From assembly GCA_017467335.1 (NCBI GenBank), contig JAFTSJ010000009.1, positions 852-64,851 of the forward strand: DNA of 64,000 nt, read 5' to 3'. Shown in pieces: positions 29,435 to 39,894 of the stretch. This DNA comes from Alphaproteobacteria bacterium (GTDB lineage: Bacteria; Pseudomonadota; Alphaproteobacteria; CAAHEQ01; UBA3637). The translations under genes and the position numbers were made by a program. The notes beneath the pieces are model-generated. The model made no database searches and had not been told where the DNA came from. It was given only the letters and a program-made list of their open reading frames with translations. Every line of letters starts with the position of its first letter. Positions within the stretch are counted from its first letter, which is position 1.

Positions 29435-29896
29435 CTAATCTTTATGATAAGGATGACCATCTATAATCGTTTTAGCACGATATATCTGCTCAGCCAAAAC
29501 AACCCGTGCTAACATGTGAGGTAACGTCATTCGACCGAACGATAGTTTATAGTCAGCTTGCTGTTTTAAAAAATCAGCATGACCATTTGCACCACCAATT
29601 AAAAATGAAATTGCCGGTACACCCGAATCCATCCATCCTTGCAATAATGAAGCAAACTCCCGAGAAGATGGGGTTTTACCCGTTTCATCCAAAACAATTA
29701 TTTTTGATCCGGAAGGAACCGTATTTTGTAACAAATGCGATTCTGCTTCCTTTAAAGCAACACCTGTTAAGGCTTTTTTTTCTTCAACTTCCTTAACCAC
29801 AACAGACCATCTTGTTTTTTGTAAGTAAGATGAAATCAATATATCTTCCGGTGTTCCTTTTTTAAGACGTCCAATCGCTGAAATAACAATTTGCAT
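29435..29896 (-). CDS. rlmH: 23S rRNA (pseudouridine1915-N3)-methyltransferase
   Basis: MQIVISAIGRLKKG...LDETGK...FLIGGANGH...LSFGRMTLPHMLARVVLAEQIYRA is a typical SPOUT RlmH. ATG at 29896; the ORF is open to 30076. Confidence 0.9.
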   Translation of the reverse strand: MQIVISAIGRLKKGTPEDILISSYLQKTRWSVVVKEVEEKKALTGVALKEAESHLLQNTVPSGSKIIVLDETGKTPSSREFASLLQGWMDSGVPAISFLIGGANGHADFLKQQADYKLSFGRMTLPHMLARVVLAEQIYRAKTIIDGHPYHKD

Positions 29897-29897
29897 A

Positions 29898-30305
29898 TCA
29901 AATCCGTTTACAATATTTGTTCGGTAATAAATCCGCAACGGAAACAATATCATATTTGTCCGTTTGACCGACAGGAACAATGACCCGAGCTTGAGAATGG
30001 CTATAATCAGCAATATATTCCCGACATTTACCACACGGCGAAATGATATATCCCTCTTTATCTCGAACAGCAACAATCATATCTATTTCCATATCTTTTT
30101 CCGCCGTCAAAGCCATTCCAATTGTAATAATTTCAGCACATGTTGCAACAGACGGTTGCGTTGTTCCGACATGCAAACCGGCATATACATTTCCTTGTTT
30201 CGTAACCAATGCCGCCGATACAACCGTATGATGTCCTTCTTTTTGATAACGTTCTTTTAATAAAGTACGAGCCGTTTCAATCAATTCATCCGGTGTTATT
30301 GCCAT
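29898..30305 (-). CDS. cdd: cytidine deaminase family protein
   Basis: CAEIITIG (C-A-E zinc/catalytic motif) and PCGKCREY (PCxxC). 135 aa, the homotetrameric type. Confidence 0.85.
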   Translation of the reverse strand: MAITPDELIETARTLLKERYQKEGHHTVVSAALVTKQGNVYAGLHVGTTQPSVATCAEIITIGMALTAEKDMEIDMIVAVRDKEGYIISPCGKCREYIADYSHSQARVIVPVGQTDKYDIVSVADLLPNKYCKRI

Positions 30306-31069
30306 TATTCCCCCTTTTTCATCAGTTCTTCAACCATATTATCTAATGATTGGCGTTCTTCTTGATTGTACGGAACAACATTGTCTTGGGTTTCTTTTTG
30401 AATTTTTTGTTCAACTTCTTGAACAGCCTTTTGTTTGACTTTTTTTGTTACGTCTTGTTTAATTTCATTCACAAAACGGTCAATGGCCTTTTTATTTGAT
30501 TTTTCAGGCAATTTATGTTGGCGTTTTAAGTCAACACCGATTTTTTTTGTCGGTGTTGTTTTGTCTTTGTCTAACCCTAAATCCGTTTGAATATTTTCAG
30601 GTAAAAACTTTTTTAAAAACTGAACTGTTTTTTGAATATAAGGAATTGAAATATTGTCTTTATTTAAGTCTTCTATTTGCTTATCGGAAAAAATCATAGA
30701 TAACCCGATATAAAATAAAGCAATCAACAAAATTCCCCTTAACAAACCGAATAATAACCCTAAAATCCGATCAAGACCGCTTAAAGCACTTTGACGCAAC
30801 TTTTGCCCAATACGAGCATTGATAACTGTCATAATAACCAAAATGACCAATGATACCAATAATGAACCACATAAACCGGCTATTTTAGGATTTTCAATCA
30901 TTTTACCCATAATCGGTTGCATGGGAGTATAACTGCACATGGCCCCAATACCGGCTAAAATCCATGATGATATACCCAATAATTCGCTGACCAAACCTCG
31001 ATACAATGAAAATAACACGGAAAAAACAAGTGTTCCGATAACAATCATATCTATTAAACCAACAGACAT
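30305..31069 (-). CDS. cvpA: CvpA family membrane protein with charged C-terminal extension
   Basis: N-terminal IDMIVIGTLVFSVLFSLYRGLVSELL and 4 TM helices typical of CvpA. Its stop overlaps the cdd start by 1 nt. Confidence 0.8.
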   Translation of the reverse strand: MSVGLIDMIVIGTLVFSVLFSLYRGLVSELLGISSWILAGIGAMCSYTPMQPIMGKMIENPKIAGLCGSLLVSLVILVIMTVINARIGQKLRQSALSGLDRILGLLFGLLRGILLIALFYIGLSMIFSDKQIEDLNKDNISIPYIQKTVQFLKKFLPENIQTDLGLDKDKTTPTKKIGVDLKRQHKLPEKSNKKAIDRFVNEIKQDVTKKVKQKAVQEVEQKIQKETQDNVVPYNQEERQSLDNMVEELMKKGE

Positions 31070-31185
31070 TCTGACTCCTTTATTTTATTAACGTGTGCGT
31101 ATGATACCTTTTTTTATTTCGAAATGCAACGATTAAATCCGAATAACATCCGTCAAAACGTTATCAATCATTTTAATTTGTCACA

Positions 31186-32304
31186 TTACCATGCTGTTTC
31201 GGAATGAGATTCATTCGGCACGACATACGTTACATTTAAGTTAGATGGTAAAATTGGTTGCAAGCGATAAACAGCGTGTTGCACCGTTCCAATAATCCAT
31301 GAATGTGTACCAACAAATTGTAATTTAGCCGGTTGCCATCCAATTGCGAAAAAAAGATAATATATGACCAACAAAACAACCGTCACCATAAAAGAACTGA
31401 TACCACTCATTACATGGTTAATGAGCATGAGCTGAACAGATGTTTTTTCTTCATCAATATAAATATCATCATCATTTTCTTTCAACCGTTTAGCAATGAT
31501 ATAAGCTATCCAAATAATAATAAACAACGGCACTAAGGCTCCGCTGAAATCAGATAATGATCCTTCAAACATAAACGAATACGTATTATCAAAACGGGAC
31601 TTGTCCAATAACACAATCAAAATGATAACGCCGATCATAAATAAAACAAGACAAACACCGGCAATATACGCTGAACGCATTTCTGATTTTGTCAGCAAAT
31701 CATCTTTACTCAGTCCTTGTTTCTTCAAATGAGGCATAACTTTTGCTAAAGAAACTTTTTTTCCGTTCATTTTAATATTAGCAAATCGTTTGGCATTTTT
31801 GTTATCCATGATACGTTCGTATTTTTTATCCGTTATAACCGATATGGCAAACCCGTATAAAATAACATTCATAACAACACACCCGATTAAAAAAACCCCG
31901 TTGCCTGATGTTATCGAACTGATTTTGGTATAAAAATCACTTGAAAAAAAACAAATATTACCGATAAACCACAACACCATCAATAACACTGTTTTGATTC
32001 CATGCCTGATGACAATCGGTTTATCTTTGATAGATACTTTATAAGTTTGTTCCACAGATGAAGCAATAGTTGTTAACAGATAAAATACGAAAAAGCAACC
32101 CCAAGCATATGCCGATTGTCGCTCAATGCCTTGTTCCCGAATCAAATCACCAACTATCTGACCAACATTAAATGCTATAATAGCATATAGAATATACAAG
32201 ACAATATTAACAATGTTTTTAACCGTTCTATTAAAAAAGAATGAAATAATCGTTGTCCCTAACAACAAAATCCAAGCAAATGATCCCATATATGTAAAAA
32301 TCAT
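31186..32304 (-). CDS. hypothetical polytopic membrane protein
   Basis: 372 aa with about 9 hydrophobic helices. It starts directly after the radA stop. No motif recognised. Confidence 0.6.
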   Translation of the reverse strand: MIFTYMGSFAWILLLGTTIISFFFNRTVKNIVNIVLYILYAIIAFNVGQIVGDLIREQGIERQSAYAWGCFFVFYLLTTIASSVEQTYKVSIKDKPIVIRHGIKTVLLMVLWFIGNICFFSSDFYTKISSITSGNGVFLIGCVVMNVILYGFAISVITDKKYERIMDNKNAKRFANIKMNGKKVSLAKVMPHLKKQGLSKDDLLTKSEMRSAYIAGVCLVLFMIGVIILIVLLDKSRFDNTYSFMFEGSLSDFSGALVPLFIIIWIAYIIAKRLKENDDDIYIDEEKTSVQLMLINHVMSGISSFMVTVVLLVIYYLFFAIGWQPAKLQFVGTHSWIIGTVQHAVYRLQPILPSNLNVTYVVPNESHSETAW

Positions 32305-33693
32305 TTAGCCCCCTTGAAATGTATCAATCAATGTGCGTAAATTACCGATATGAGTAACCCGTATCATATCATTTTTAGGTTTTTTATCCGTTCTTGACGG
32401 CGGTGTTAAAGCTCGTTCAAAACCTAATTTTGACGCTTCCTTTAACCGTAAATCCGGTTGAGGAACAGCCCGTATTTCTCCGGACAATCCAACCTCTCCG
32501 AAAATAACCATATCGGCCGGTACGGCTTTTTGTGTCAATGAAGAAACAATGGCTGTTGCAACCGCCATGTCACAAGCCGGCTCCGTTACTTTTAATCCAC
32601 CGGCAACATTTAAATAAATATCTTTATTCGCCAAAGAAACACCACATCGAGCCTCTAAAACCGCTAAAATCATGGCTAATCGATTCGTATCCCACCCAAC
32701 AACGGCTCGGCGGGGCGTGGCACCGCTTTGTGGGGCAACCAATGCCTGTATTTCAACCAACATCGGACGAGAACCTTCTATACCGGCATAAACACAACTG
32801 CCGGCAATATTCCCTCGCCGTTCGGCTAAAAACAAAGCAGATGGATTCGGCACTTCTTGTAATCCGTTTTCCGTCATTTCAAAAACACCGATTTCATCCG
32901 TTGCACCAAATCTGTTTTTAACAGACCGCAAAATGCGAAAATGATGCCCCCTATCCCCTTCAAAATATAAAACCGTGTCAACCATATGTTCCAAAACACG
33001 AGGACCGGCCAAAGTTCCTTCTTTGGTCACATGTCCAACCAAAAAAACAGCAAACTGCCGTCTTTTTGCTAGCCGTATCAACTCGTGACCGGCTGCACGA
33101 ACCTGTCCCACCGTACCGGGAGCCGAATCCAATGTATCAATAAACATCGTCTGTATCGAATCAATAACAACAATATCAGGCGAATCGGGTGTATCTAATG
33201 TTGCAACAATATCCCGAACATTTGATACACTGGCTAAATCAACATTTGCTTCGGATAATCCTAAACGCATAGCCCGTAATCGAACCTGATCAACCGATTC
33301 TTCTCCTGAAATGTAAACACACTTTGTCGGCGAACCGATTTTATTAACCCCTTTTGATAAATTAGCAACTGCTTGTAATAACAACGTTGATTTACCGATA
33401 CCAGGGTCCCCACCAACCAAAATAACTGAACCGGGGACTAATCCGCCCCCGCAAACTCTATCCAACTCGCCAATCTGAGATTTTAACCGAAAAATAATTT
33501 CAGGAGCCCCTCTTAAATCAGAAAAATCAATTTTACGACCCCCTCGTCCCATTGTAGCCGTTGGACTTTCCTTTTGCGGTAAATCTTCTTCAATAATCGT
33601 ATTCCACTCTCCGCACGATTCACATTTTCCTGCCCACCGGGGGTATATTGTTCCACAATTTTGACAAACGAACTGAGTCATTTTCTTTGCCAT
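32305..33693 (-). CDS. radA: DNA repair protein RadA (Sms)
   Basis: N-terminal zinc ribbon CQNCGTIYPRWAGKCESCGEWNT, Walker A GDPGIGKST, KNRFG motif and a Lon-like C-terminus. Confidence 0.95.
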   Translation of the reverse strand: MAKKMTQFVCQNCGTIYPRWAGKCESCGEWNTIIEEDLPQKESPTATMGRGGRKIDFSDLRGAPEIIFRLKSQIGELDRVCGGGLVPGSVILVGGDPGIGKSTLLLQAVANLSKGVNKIGSPTKCVYISGEESVDQVRLRAMRLGLSEANVDLASVSNVRDIVATLDTPDSPDIVVIDSIQTMFIDTLDSAPGTVGQVRAAGHELIRLAKRRQFAVFLVGHVTKEGTLAGPRVLEHMVDTVLYFEGDRGHHFRILRSVKNRFGATDEIGVFEMTENGLQEVPNPSALFLAERRGNIAGSCVYAGIEGSRPMLVEIQALVAPQSGATPRRAVVGWDTNRLAMILAVLEARCGVSLANKDIYLNVAGGLKVTEPACDMAVATAIVSSLTQKAVPADMVIFGEVGLSGEIRAVPQPDLRLKEASKLGFERALTPPSRTDKKPKNDMIRVTHIGNLRTLIDTFQGG

Positions 33694-33694
33694 G

Positions 33695-34495
33695 TTAATC
33701 CGCCTTTACTTCAACGTTAATCGGTCCGTTTGCACAGCCGGTAACAAATTGACGAACATATGGATTTGTTGTTTTATCCAGTTGTTTAACCGTTCCAATC
33801 CAAATGATTTTTCCTTCATACAACATAGCAATTCTATCTGCAATTTTACGAGCCGAGTTCATATCATGTGTAATTGTTAACGCCGTTGCCCCTAACGTCT
33901 TAACCGTTGACACAATCAATTCGTTAATAACGTCTGACATAATCGGATCAAGACCGGTTGTCGGTTCATCAAAAAAAATAACATTCGGATTTGTTGCAAT
34001 CGCCCGAGCCAAACCAACCCGCTTTTTCATACCGCCGGATAAGTCAGCCGGATACGAATCGGCAATTGATTTATTCAATCCGACTTGAGCCAATTTTTCA
34101 ATAGCAATTTGTTTTGCTGTTACTTTATCAACCGTTTTATTTTGCAATAAAGAAAAAGCAACATTTTCCCAAACACTTAAACTGTCAAATAAGGCTCCGC
34201 TTTGAAAAAGCATACCGATTTGAGAACGTACCTGTTCTTGTTCTTTACGAGGTAATAACGATACTTGATGACCGTCTATTTCAACATGACCTCTATCCGG
34301 TGTCAATAATCCTAAAATACATTTGAGGGTTACGGATTTCCCCGTACCCGAACCACCGATAATGACCAAAGATTCACCTGTACGAATATCTAAATCAACA
34401 CCGTCTAAAACTTTTTTACGACCAAAGGCTTTATGAACGTTTACTAATCTGATTTTAGAGGTTTGAGGTGTTTTTTTACGCTGAAACAAAACCAT
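33695..34495 (-). CDS. mlaF: ABC transporter ATP-binding protein, MlaF type
   Basis: Walker A GGSGTGKS, signature LSGGMKKRVGLARA and Walker B IFFDEPTTGLD. It is adjacent to an MlaE-type permease. Confidence 0.88.
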   Translation of the reverse strand: MVLFQRKKTPQTSKIRLVNVHKAFGRKKVLDGVDLDIRTGESLVIIGGSGTGKSVTLKCILGLLTPDRGHVEIDGHQVSLLPRKEQEQVRSQIGMLFQSGALFDSLSVWENVAFSLLQNKTVDKVTAKQIAIEKLAQVGLNKSIADSYPADLSGGMKKRVGLARAIATNPNVIFFDEPTTGLDPIMSDVINELIVSTVKTLGATALTITHDMNSARKIADRIAMLYEGKIIWIGTVKQLDKTTNPYVRQFVTGCANGPINVEVKAD

Positions 34496-34506
34496 AATTT
34501 ATCCTC

Positions 34507-35292
34507 CTAAATTGAAAAGAAAAGTTCCGTAATGATGTAATTAAACACCAAAATCAAAATACTGGAAGAAACAACGGCATTCGTGGTTGCCTGACCGACC
34601 CCTTGGGCTCCACCTTCCGAATTAAATCCGTTATAACAACCTAACAATGTAATAATGAACCCAAAAACACCCGCTTTTGTCAAACCGGAAATAATATCCA
34701 TCGGTTTCAAATATTCCCATGTGTTCATTAAATAGGTGGACGCATTAAAATCTAATTTTGAAACACCAATCATGTATCCGCCAAAAATACCGATAACATC
34801 CCCGATTAACACCAAAACCGGCAACATAAAGACTCCGGCTACAACACGAGGGACAATTAAATATTTAAACGGATTTGTTGATAATGTATATAACGCATCA
34901 ATTTGTTCCGTTACACGCATTGTGCCGATTTCCGCTGCCATAGCCGCCCCTATTCGACCGGCAACCATTAAACCGGCCATAACCGGAGCCAATTCCCGTG
35001 TTACGGCAACCAAAACAACCATAGCAACGGCTCCTTCCGCCGATAATTGAGCAAAACCGCTGTACGTTTGTAATGCAATAACCATACCGGCGAATAACGT
35101 GGTTAATGCAACAACAGGTAATGAATAAAAACCAATATCAATAAATTGCCGAAACAATGCTTTCCCGTAAAAGGGAGGTGTTACACAATGATAAAGTGTA
35201 TCCGTTGCAAACAATCCCAATTGGCCTGCTGAACGTAAAAAACGTAAAACAACTTGACCCAATTTATTTACAAACTGTATTATTTTTGTCAC
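34507..35292 (-). CDS. mlaE: ABC transporter permease, MlaE type
   Basis: 261 aa. The ELAPVMAGLMVAGRIGAAMAAEIGTMRVTEQIDAL motif is characteristic of the MlaE/Ttg2B family. Confidence 0.88.
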   Translation of the reverse strand: MTKIIQFVNKLGQVVLRFLRSAGQLGLFATDTLYHCVTPPFYGKALFRQFIDIGFYSLPVVALTTLFAGMVIALQTYSGFAQLSAEGAVAMVVLVAVTRELAPVMAGLMVAGRIGAAMAAEIGTMRVTEQIDALYTLSTNPFKYLIVPRVVAGVFMLPVLVLIGDVIGIFGGYMIGVSKLDFNASTYLMNTWEYLKPMDIISGLTKAGVFGFIITLLGCYNGFNSEGGAQGVGQATTNAVVSSSILILVFNYIITELFFSI

Positions 35293-35384
35293 GAAATATC
35301 CTTTCTGTTTGCATCAACTATAAGCCGAAAGACAACAAATTGCAAACAAAAAGTGACATATGATTTTGATAAAAGCAAAGAAAA

Positions 35385-35686
35385 ACAGAGGTATTCTGTT
35401 GCTGGGAACCTCCAAACCCCACCATTTCGCTCATATGAAAATGGAATTGATGGTCTAGGTACCTAATTAGGCAGCCATTGCGACCGGAGCAAAATTATCA
35501 TTTGCATTTATTTATATTAGCCCGATAACGGCGGTACAATGCCGAATGCAAGAGAAAGCCTTTATTATGCGTGTCGATCCTATTTCACCCCCATAAAGTA
35601 TTGAATGGTGGAGGTGTCGGGTACCGCCCCCGAGTCCACAGACATCTATTCTACTTTTCGTTTAGCATCATAGTCAGTTACCTGAC
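35385..35686 (-). ncRNA. ssrA: tmRNA, circularly permuted two-piece type (acceptor piece ~35686-35606, coding piece ~35592-35385)
   Basis: The acceptor piece ends TCGGG-GGCGGTA-CCCGA-CACCTCC-A-CCA. After a 13-nt spacer the coding piece begins GGGGGTGAAATAGGATCGAC (compare E. coli GGGGCTGATTCTGGATTCGAC). The acceptor helix has G3:U70. The tag frame 35505-35467 encodes ANDNFAPVAMAA*. A hairpin plus T-run lies at 35400-35378. Confidence 0.88.
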
Positions 35687-35692
35687 GATTTG

Positions 35693-35720
35693 ATGCTATC
35701 ACATTTTGAAACGAAAAGCA
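35693..35720 (-). promoter_or_regulatory. sigma70-type promoter for ssrA
   Basis: Minus strand TTGCTT-16 nt-TAGCAT. Confidence 0.45.
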
Positions 35721-35742
35721 AGTCCATTTATCTGAAATACAC

Positions 35743-38199
35743 CTATTCTTTCATCGAAGATGAGAACGCATCGTTACCGGAATGAGGCGTAACGATGTGA
35801 ACACCAATGGGTTTATCTTCCGTACACAAGTGCACAACTCGTTGCGGGAACGGAATATTGATATTTTCAGAACGGAAACGTGTCAGTATTTCGGCTCGTA
35901 TTGCACTGGATAAAGAAGCACGTGATCCAATATCGTTTGTATAACAACTAACCCGAAAATTTAAACTATTATCCGCAAAATCCATAAACAAGACAAACGG
36001 TGCCGGATTAACCAAAATACCTTTTGTGTTTTTAACAACATCTAATAAAATTTCCTGCACACGAACAACATCACTGTCATAATCAACACCCACAGCAACA
36101 TCAACACGTCCCATTTTATTTTTGTATGTCATATTCGTCACCGTATTGGATAATATATCGGCATTCGGAATAATCACATTAGCACGATTAAACGTTTCAA
36201 TGACCGTTGAACGAATATTGACTTGCTTAACTGTTCCCTCTTCCCCGTTAATGATAACCCAATCACCGATTTTAATCGGACGTTCAAATAACAAAATGAT
36301 ACCCGAAACAAAATTGTTCACAACATTTTGCAAACCAAGCCCTGCTCCTAATGACAACGCCCCTGCGACCAAGGCCAATCCTTTCAGACTTCCGCCCATA
36401 ACACTGATACCGGCCAAGCAGGCAACAATAATCCCAACAAAACCAATACCGGCAGCCAATGAGTTACGAATACTCGAATCCATTTCGATATTACTTAATT
36501 TACCGTTGAGCAAGCTGTTTTTAATCCATTTACTGATAAATAAAACAACAAAAAACGCTACAATTCCCAAAAAGACGGATGTTATGGAAACGTGCATACC
36601 ACCAATATTAAATCCGATAAAAAATTTCTTTAATTTTTGCAACAAAATATCAACGGAAACGCCCCAAACAAATAACAAAACCAAGACACAACTGATAATA
36701 ACAATCGGACTGAGGAAAAAACCGAACCAAAATTCCCATTTTTCCGTTTGTTTACGATTAACCCGAAAATCACGCATCCAAAATTTGCGTGTGACAAATT
36801 GATGAAATAAGACCGTGAATAACTTGTGAATAATATAAAAAAGACCCACAATAAAAACGGATTCAATAAATTTATTGTAAATATACTCCGTTAAAATCAC
36901 ATAACCGAATAACGAAAAAGACAAAACAATCAAGGTTAATAGAGTCATCAAAATACTGATTTTTGATGACGTACTCAACTGTTGAACATCCCCGTTATTT
37001 AATTCTTCGTCCGTCAATTGTCGGTCGTTATACAAAAAGCGATTAACAACTAAAATAATACATAACGCTTTAACAATATTAGACAACGATTTTAACGCAT
37101 AAATGATATTATCGGAATGTTCTAATTGAATAGCCAATACTTGAAAATATGAAAAGACACAAATAATAATGATAGAAAAATTAAGTGCGAAATAAAGTGA
37201 TTTGGCTTTATCGTCATTGACTTCTATTAAACGCCAATTCGGCCGTTTCGGCGTAAACAAAACCCGCACAACGGCACTACAAATGAATAAATACAAACCG
37301 TAAATAATTCCGATTCTTAAAACAGTTCCAAACGAACCGGAAAACAAATCCTGATGATTTTTCAACCAAAGCCAGCACAAACCAAACATAGCTGCCGGTA
37401 TAATTCCCCGTGCCAGCAAAACGAAAAAGCCAGCCATAACTTTATGAGAATAATCCGGATTTAAAATATCTTTACGATACCCTAATTTTTTACGAATAAA
37501 ATAACTTAGCAACGCAATACCGGCAAAAGCCAACAAAAACCAAACCCCGACTTTTTCCAATTGCAATTTGACAGACATTTGCTGTCCGTCCGTCAAATTA
37601 TCATACCATTGTACCGGATACGTTCCGACATTATAAAAGAATAAAGCAAAACTTTTAATCGATTCAACAAACGTTCGCCAATGTAGAATAGAATTGTGCT
37701 TAACCAAAATCTGATCAAACAACGCTTGATTGCGAGAATTAACAATCAATTGATTTATTTCATCTATTTTGGCTAAAGCCATATCCGCAGACGCTATTTT
37801 GGATTTTATCTTATCCGATTCATCCGTTAATTCTTTACGTTGCTTGGCAATATCTTCCGGTTCGGTTTCCCCTTCGGCAACCAAAGCACTCAACGATGCT
37901 ATTTTTTTCGTTGTATTTTCAAGTTGAGCCGTAACACGTTGTTTTTCTTTCGACAAAACATCTTGAAAGGAACTTAACTGTTTGATGTGTGTTTGCGATT
38001 CTCTTAACGCAATTGTTTTTTGCAAAAAGGTCGTTTCAATTTGCTCTAATTGTGTTTTGATTCCTTCAATATCAATTGTTGGGTCAACAACGACTTCTGC
38101 CGTATCGGACGAAACAACGTCCTGAGAAACTTGCCCATAACCGATATGACCCCATGTTAAACAACACAAAACACTTAAAATAATCAATAAATAACGCAT
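35743..38199 (-). CDS. mechanosensitive ion channel, MscK/KefA-like large MscS family member
   Basis: Signal peptide, a long periplasmic coiled coil, about 11 TM segments, and the C-terminal MscS core GLGLQNVVNNFVSGIILLFERPIKIGDWV. GAGGAAG RBS before the ATG at 38199; the ORF is open from TTG 38214. Confidence 0.88.
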   Translation of the reverse strand: MRYLLIILSVLCCLTWGHIGYGQVSQDVVSSDTAEVVVDPTIDIEGIKTQLEQIETTFLQKTIALRESQTHIKQLSSFQDVLSKEKQRVTAQLENTTKKIASLSALVAEGETEPEDIAKQRKELTDESDKIKSKIASADMALAKIDEINQLIVNSRNQALFDQILVKHNSILHWRTFVESIKSFALFFYNVGTYPVQWYDNLTDGQQMSVKLQLEKVGVWFLLAFAGIALLSYFIRKKLGYRKDILNPDYSHKVMAGFFVLLARGIIPAAMFGLCWLWLKNHQDLFSGSFGTVLRIGIIYGLYLFICSAVVRVLFTPKRPNWRLIEVNDDKAKSLYFALNFSIIIICVFSYFQVLAIQLEHSDNIIYALKSLSNIVKALCIILVVNRFLYNDRQLTDEELNNGDVQQLSTSSKISILMTLLTLIVLSFSLFGYVILTEYIYNKFIESVFIVGLFYIIHKLFTVLFHQFVTRKFWMRDFRVNRKQTEKWEFWFGFFLSPIVIISCVLVLLFVWGVSVDILLQKLKKFFIGFNIGGMHVSITSVFLGIVAFFVVLFISKWIKNSLLNGKLSNIEMDSSIRNSLAAGIGFVGIIVACLAGISVMGGSLKGLALVAGALSLGAGLGLQNVVNNFVSGIILLFERPIKIGDWVIINGEEGTVKQVNIRSTVIETFNRANVIIPNADILSNTVTNMTYKNKMGRVDVAVGVDYDSDVVRVQEILLDVVKNTKGILVNPAPFVLFMDFADNSLNFRVSCYTNDIGSRASLSSAIRAEILTRFRSENINIPFPQRVVHLCTEDKPIGVHIVTPHSGNDAFSSSMKE

Positions 38200-38284
38200 T
38201 ATACTTCCTCTCAATCAAACTGATTGATGTTATATCGGATTTAATGCCGAATTGTCAAGAGCAATCCCCTTTTGGGTAAAATGT

Positions 38285-39862
38285 TTAGTTATTTCCCCGA
38301 AAATAAGAACGACCACTTCGAACGACATGACGGACATAACCGTTTCCTCGCCGAACACAATGCCCCCGTTGAACCAAAGGCATATAAAACGGTTCTTTCG
38401 GGGCTGTTCTGAGCGGTTGACCATCCGATATGATTTTGGTCGGGTGAATCGTTTTCGGAGAAGGATTTTCAACAACCCGTACAACAACATTTTCAACCAC
38501 TATTTGTGTTTCCTGCGGTGTTTGTGCGTCATCTGTGCGTGGTTGTGAAAAATGTTTTTTCCGTTCGGCTTTTAACTGTTCTTTTTTAATTTTACGTGCC
38601 TTATCTTGTTGGCGGCGTTGCAATTTTGCTTCTTCATTTTGTTGACGTTCTTGGGGTGACAACATCGCTTGTGCCTGAATATCATTCAATCGCTGTTCGG
38701 CTTGTCTTTTCTTTTTTGAAGCTTCCCGCCGTTTTGCCCGTTTCATAGCTTGACGGTCTTTTTGGGCCTGTTCCATTTCTTCTTGTTCTTTTTCCCAAAC
38801 ACGCTGTTTGGCTCGTTCACCATTTGATAAAGCCAATTTTTCCAAACGTTGAGCCGATGTCTGACATAAAGAAACCAACGCATGTGAAACACCTGTTTGC
38901 AACGACACCGCTTTTAACGTATCAATTATATTACGAATATAAACCAAAAATTTCTTTTGCAATTGGCGGTGCATTTGTTTAATTTCGTTCAAATGTTGAC
39001 TGATAATTTCAACATTGTCCCGAACCAATCGGGTTACATGAGCATCTTCCGGATGCATTAACCCTAACTTAATGGCTGTTGCACATGCTTGCACTTCTTC
39101 CAATAATTCAAACCGTTGCGTGCGTGCCGATGGTTTTACCGTCTTGACCGGCTTTGTTTCTTGTTTGGGGGTTTGTTCTTCATGAGGCGTTTTGCAAGCC
39201 GTTACATCTCCCGTTTCTGGTAATTCCGGACCTTTATCATCCAGCTTTAAATTATGACCGTCTAAACTTTTTGTCATATATTGCCCAAACATCTGAAATT
39301 CACGATACCGAGCCGGATCTGCTTTATAACGAGCATAATTCTTATAATAGTAATCAAGTGTTTTCAACCGTTCTGCATCTAAATAGTGAAACATCCACGG
39401 ATTATCATACACCTGTGATACAAGACCGGAAGCAAATCGAGCAAACCGTTTTTCCGTTTGGTAACGGAACAATAAATCTCGTCCCAATTGCGAATGCGGA
39501 TAACGTAATACAAAATTATCCGTTTCATGATCGACCAAAGCAAATATACACGACCCGATTCGGTGTTGTTTCAAAAAACGATAAAACATATCTTCCGTTA
39601 ACATGGGGTACGTATCTTGTAACGCCGGATTCTTGGAAAAATAAAGAACAATCGGATTCCATTGCGGATAAGAGGCAATAAATTTTTCGACTTCATCTCG
39701 CCGTTCATATTCTTCAGCAACGGCAACCGGCCAATTGATGGGTTCTTCCCCACGAGGATCTTGTGATAACATCGACCTTAAAAGGTGCCGATCTTCCATT
39801 CTATCAGATAATCCAAACAATAATTTACGGCGATGATACATTCTTAATTCGTAATCTGTCAT
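38285..39862 (-). CDS. hypothetical protein with K/R/E/Q-rich coiled-coil region (orphan)
   Basis: About 525 aa from the ATG at 39862, which has a GGGAGG RBS; the ORF is open to 39889. There is an N-terminal globular part, a central and C-terminal highly charged helix (KQRVWEKEQEEMEQAQKDRQAMKRAKRREASKKKRQAEQR...) and a basic tail. Confidence 0.65.
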   Translation of the reverse strand: MTDYELRMYHRRKLLFGLSDRMEDRHLLRSMLSQDPRGEEPINWPVAVAEEYERRDEVEKFIASYPQWNPIVLYFSKNPALQDTYPMLTEDMFYRFLKQHRIGSCIFALVDHETDNFVLRYPHSQLGRDLLFRYQTEKRFARFASGLVSQVYDNPWMFHYLDAERLKTLDYYYKNYARYKADPARYREFQMFGQYMTKSLDGHNLKLDDKGPELPETGDVTACKTPHEEQTPKQETKPVKTVKPSARTQRFELLEEVQACATAIKLGLMHPEDAHVTRLVRDNVEIISQHLNEIKQMHRQLQKKFLVYIRNIIDTLKAVSLQTGVSHALVSLCQTSAQRLEKLALSNGERAKQRVWEKEQEEMEQAQKDRQAMKRAKRREASKKKRQAEQRLNDIQAQAMLSPQERQQNEEAKLQRRQQDKARKIKKEQLKAERKKHFSQPRTDDAQTPQETQIVVENVVVRVVENPSPKTIHPTKIISDGQPLRTAPKEPFYMPLVQRGHCVRRGNGYVRHVVRSGRSYFRGNN

Positions 39863-39894
39863 AAAATGCCTCCCAAAGAATAATGACATGAACG

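Noticed and set aside
29897-30076. N-terminal extensions in the ORF track, including rlmH to 30076, efp from 6678, Hsp70-like from 5207, acrA-like to 20100, cspA to 58626 and lpxC from 57367.
   Set aside because: The extensions lack an RBS, overlap neighbouring genes, or add non-homologous low-complexity residues. Internal ATGs with good Shine-Dalgarno sequences give family-typical lengths.
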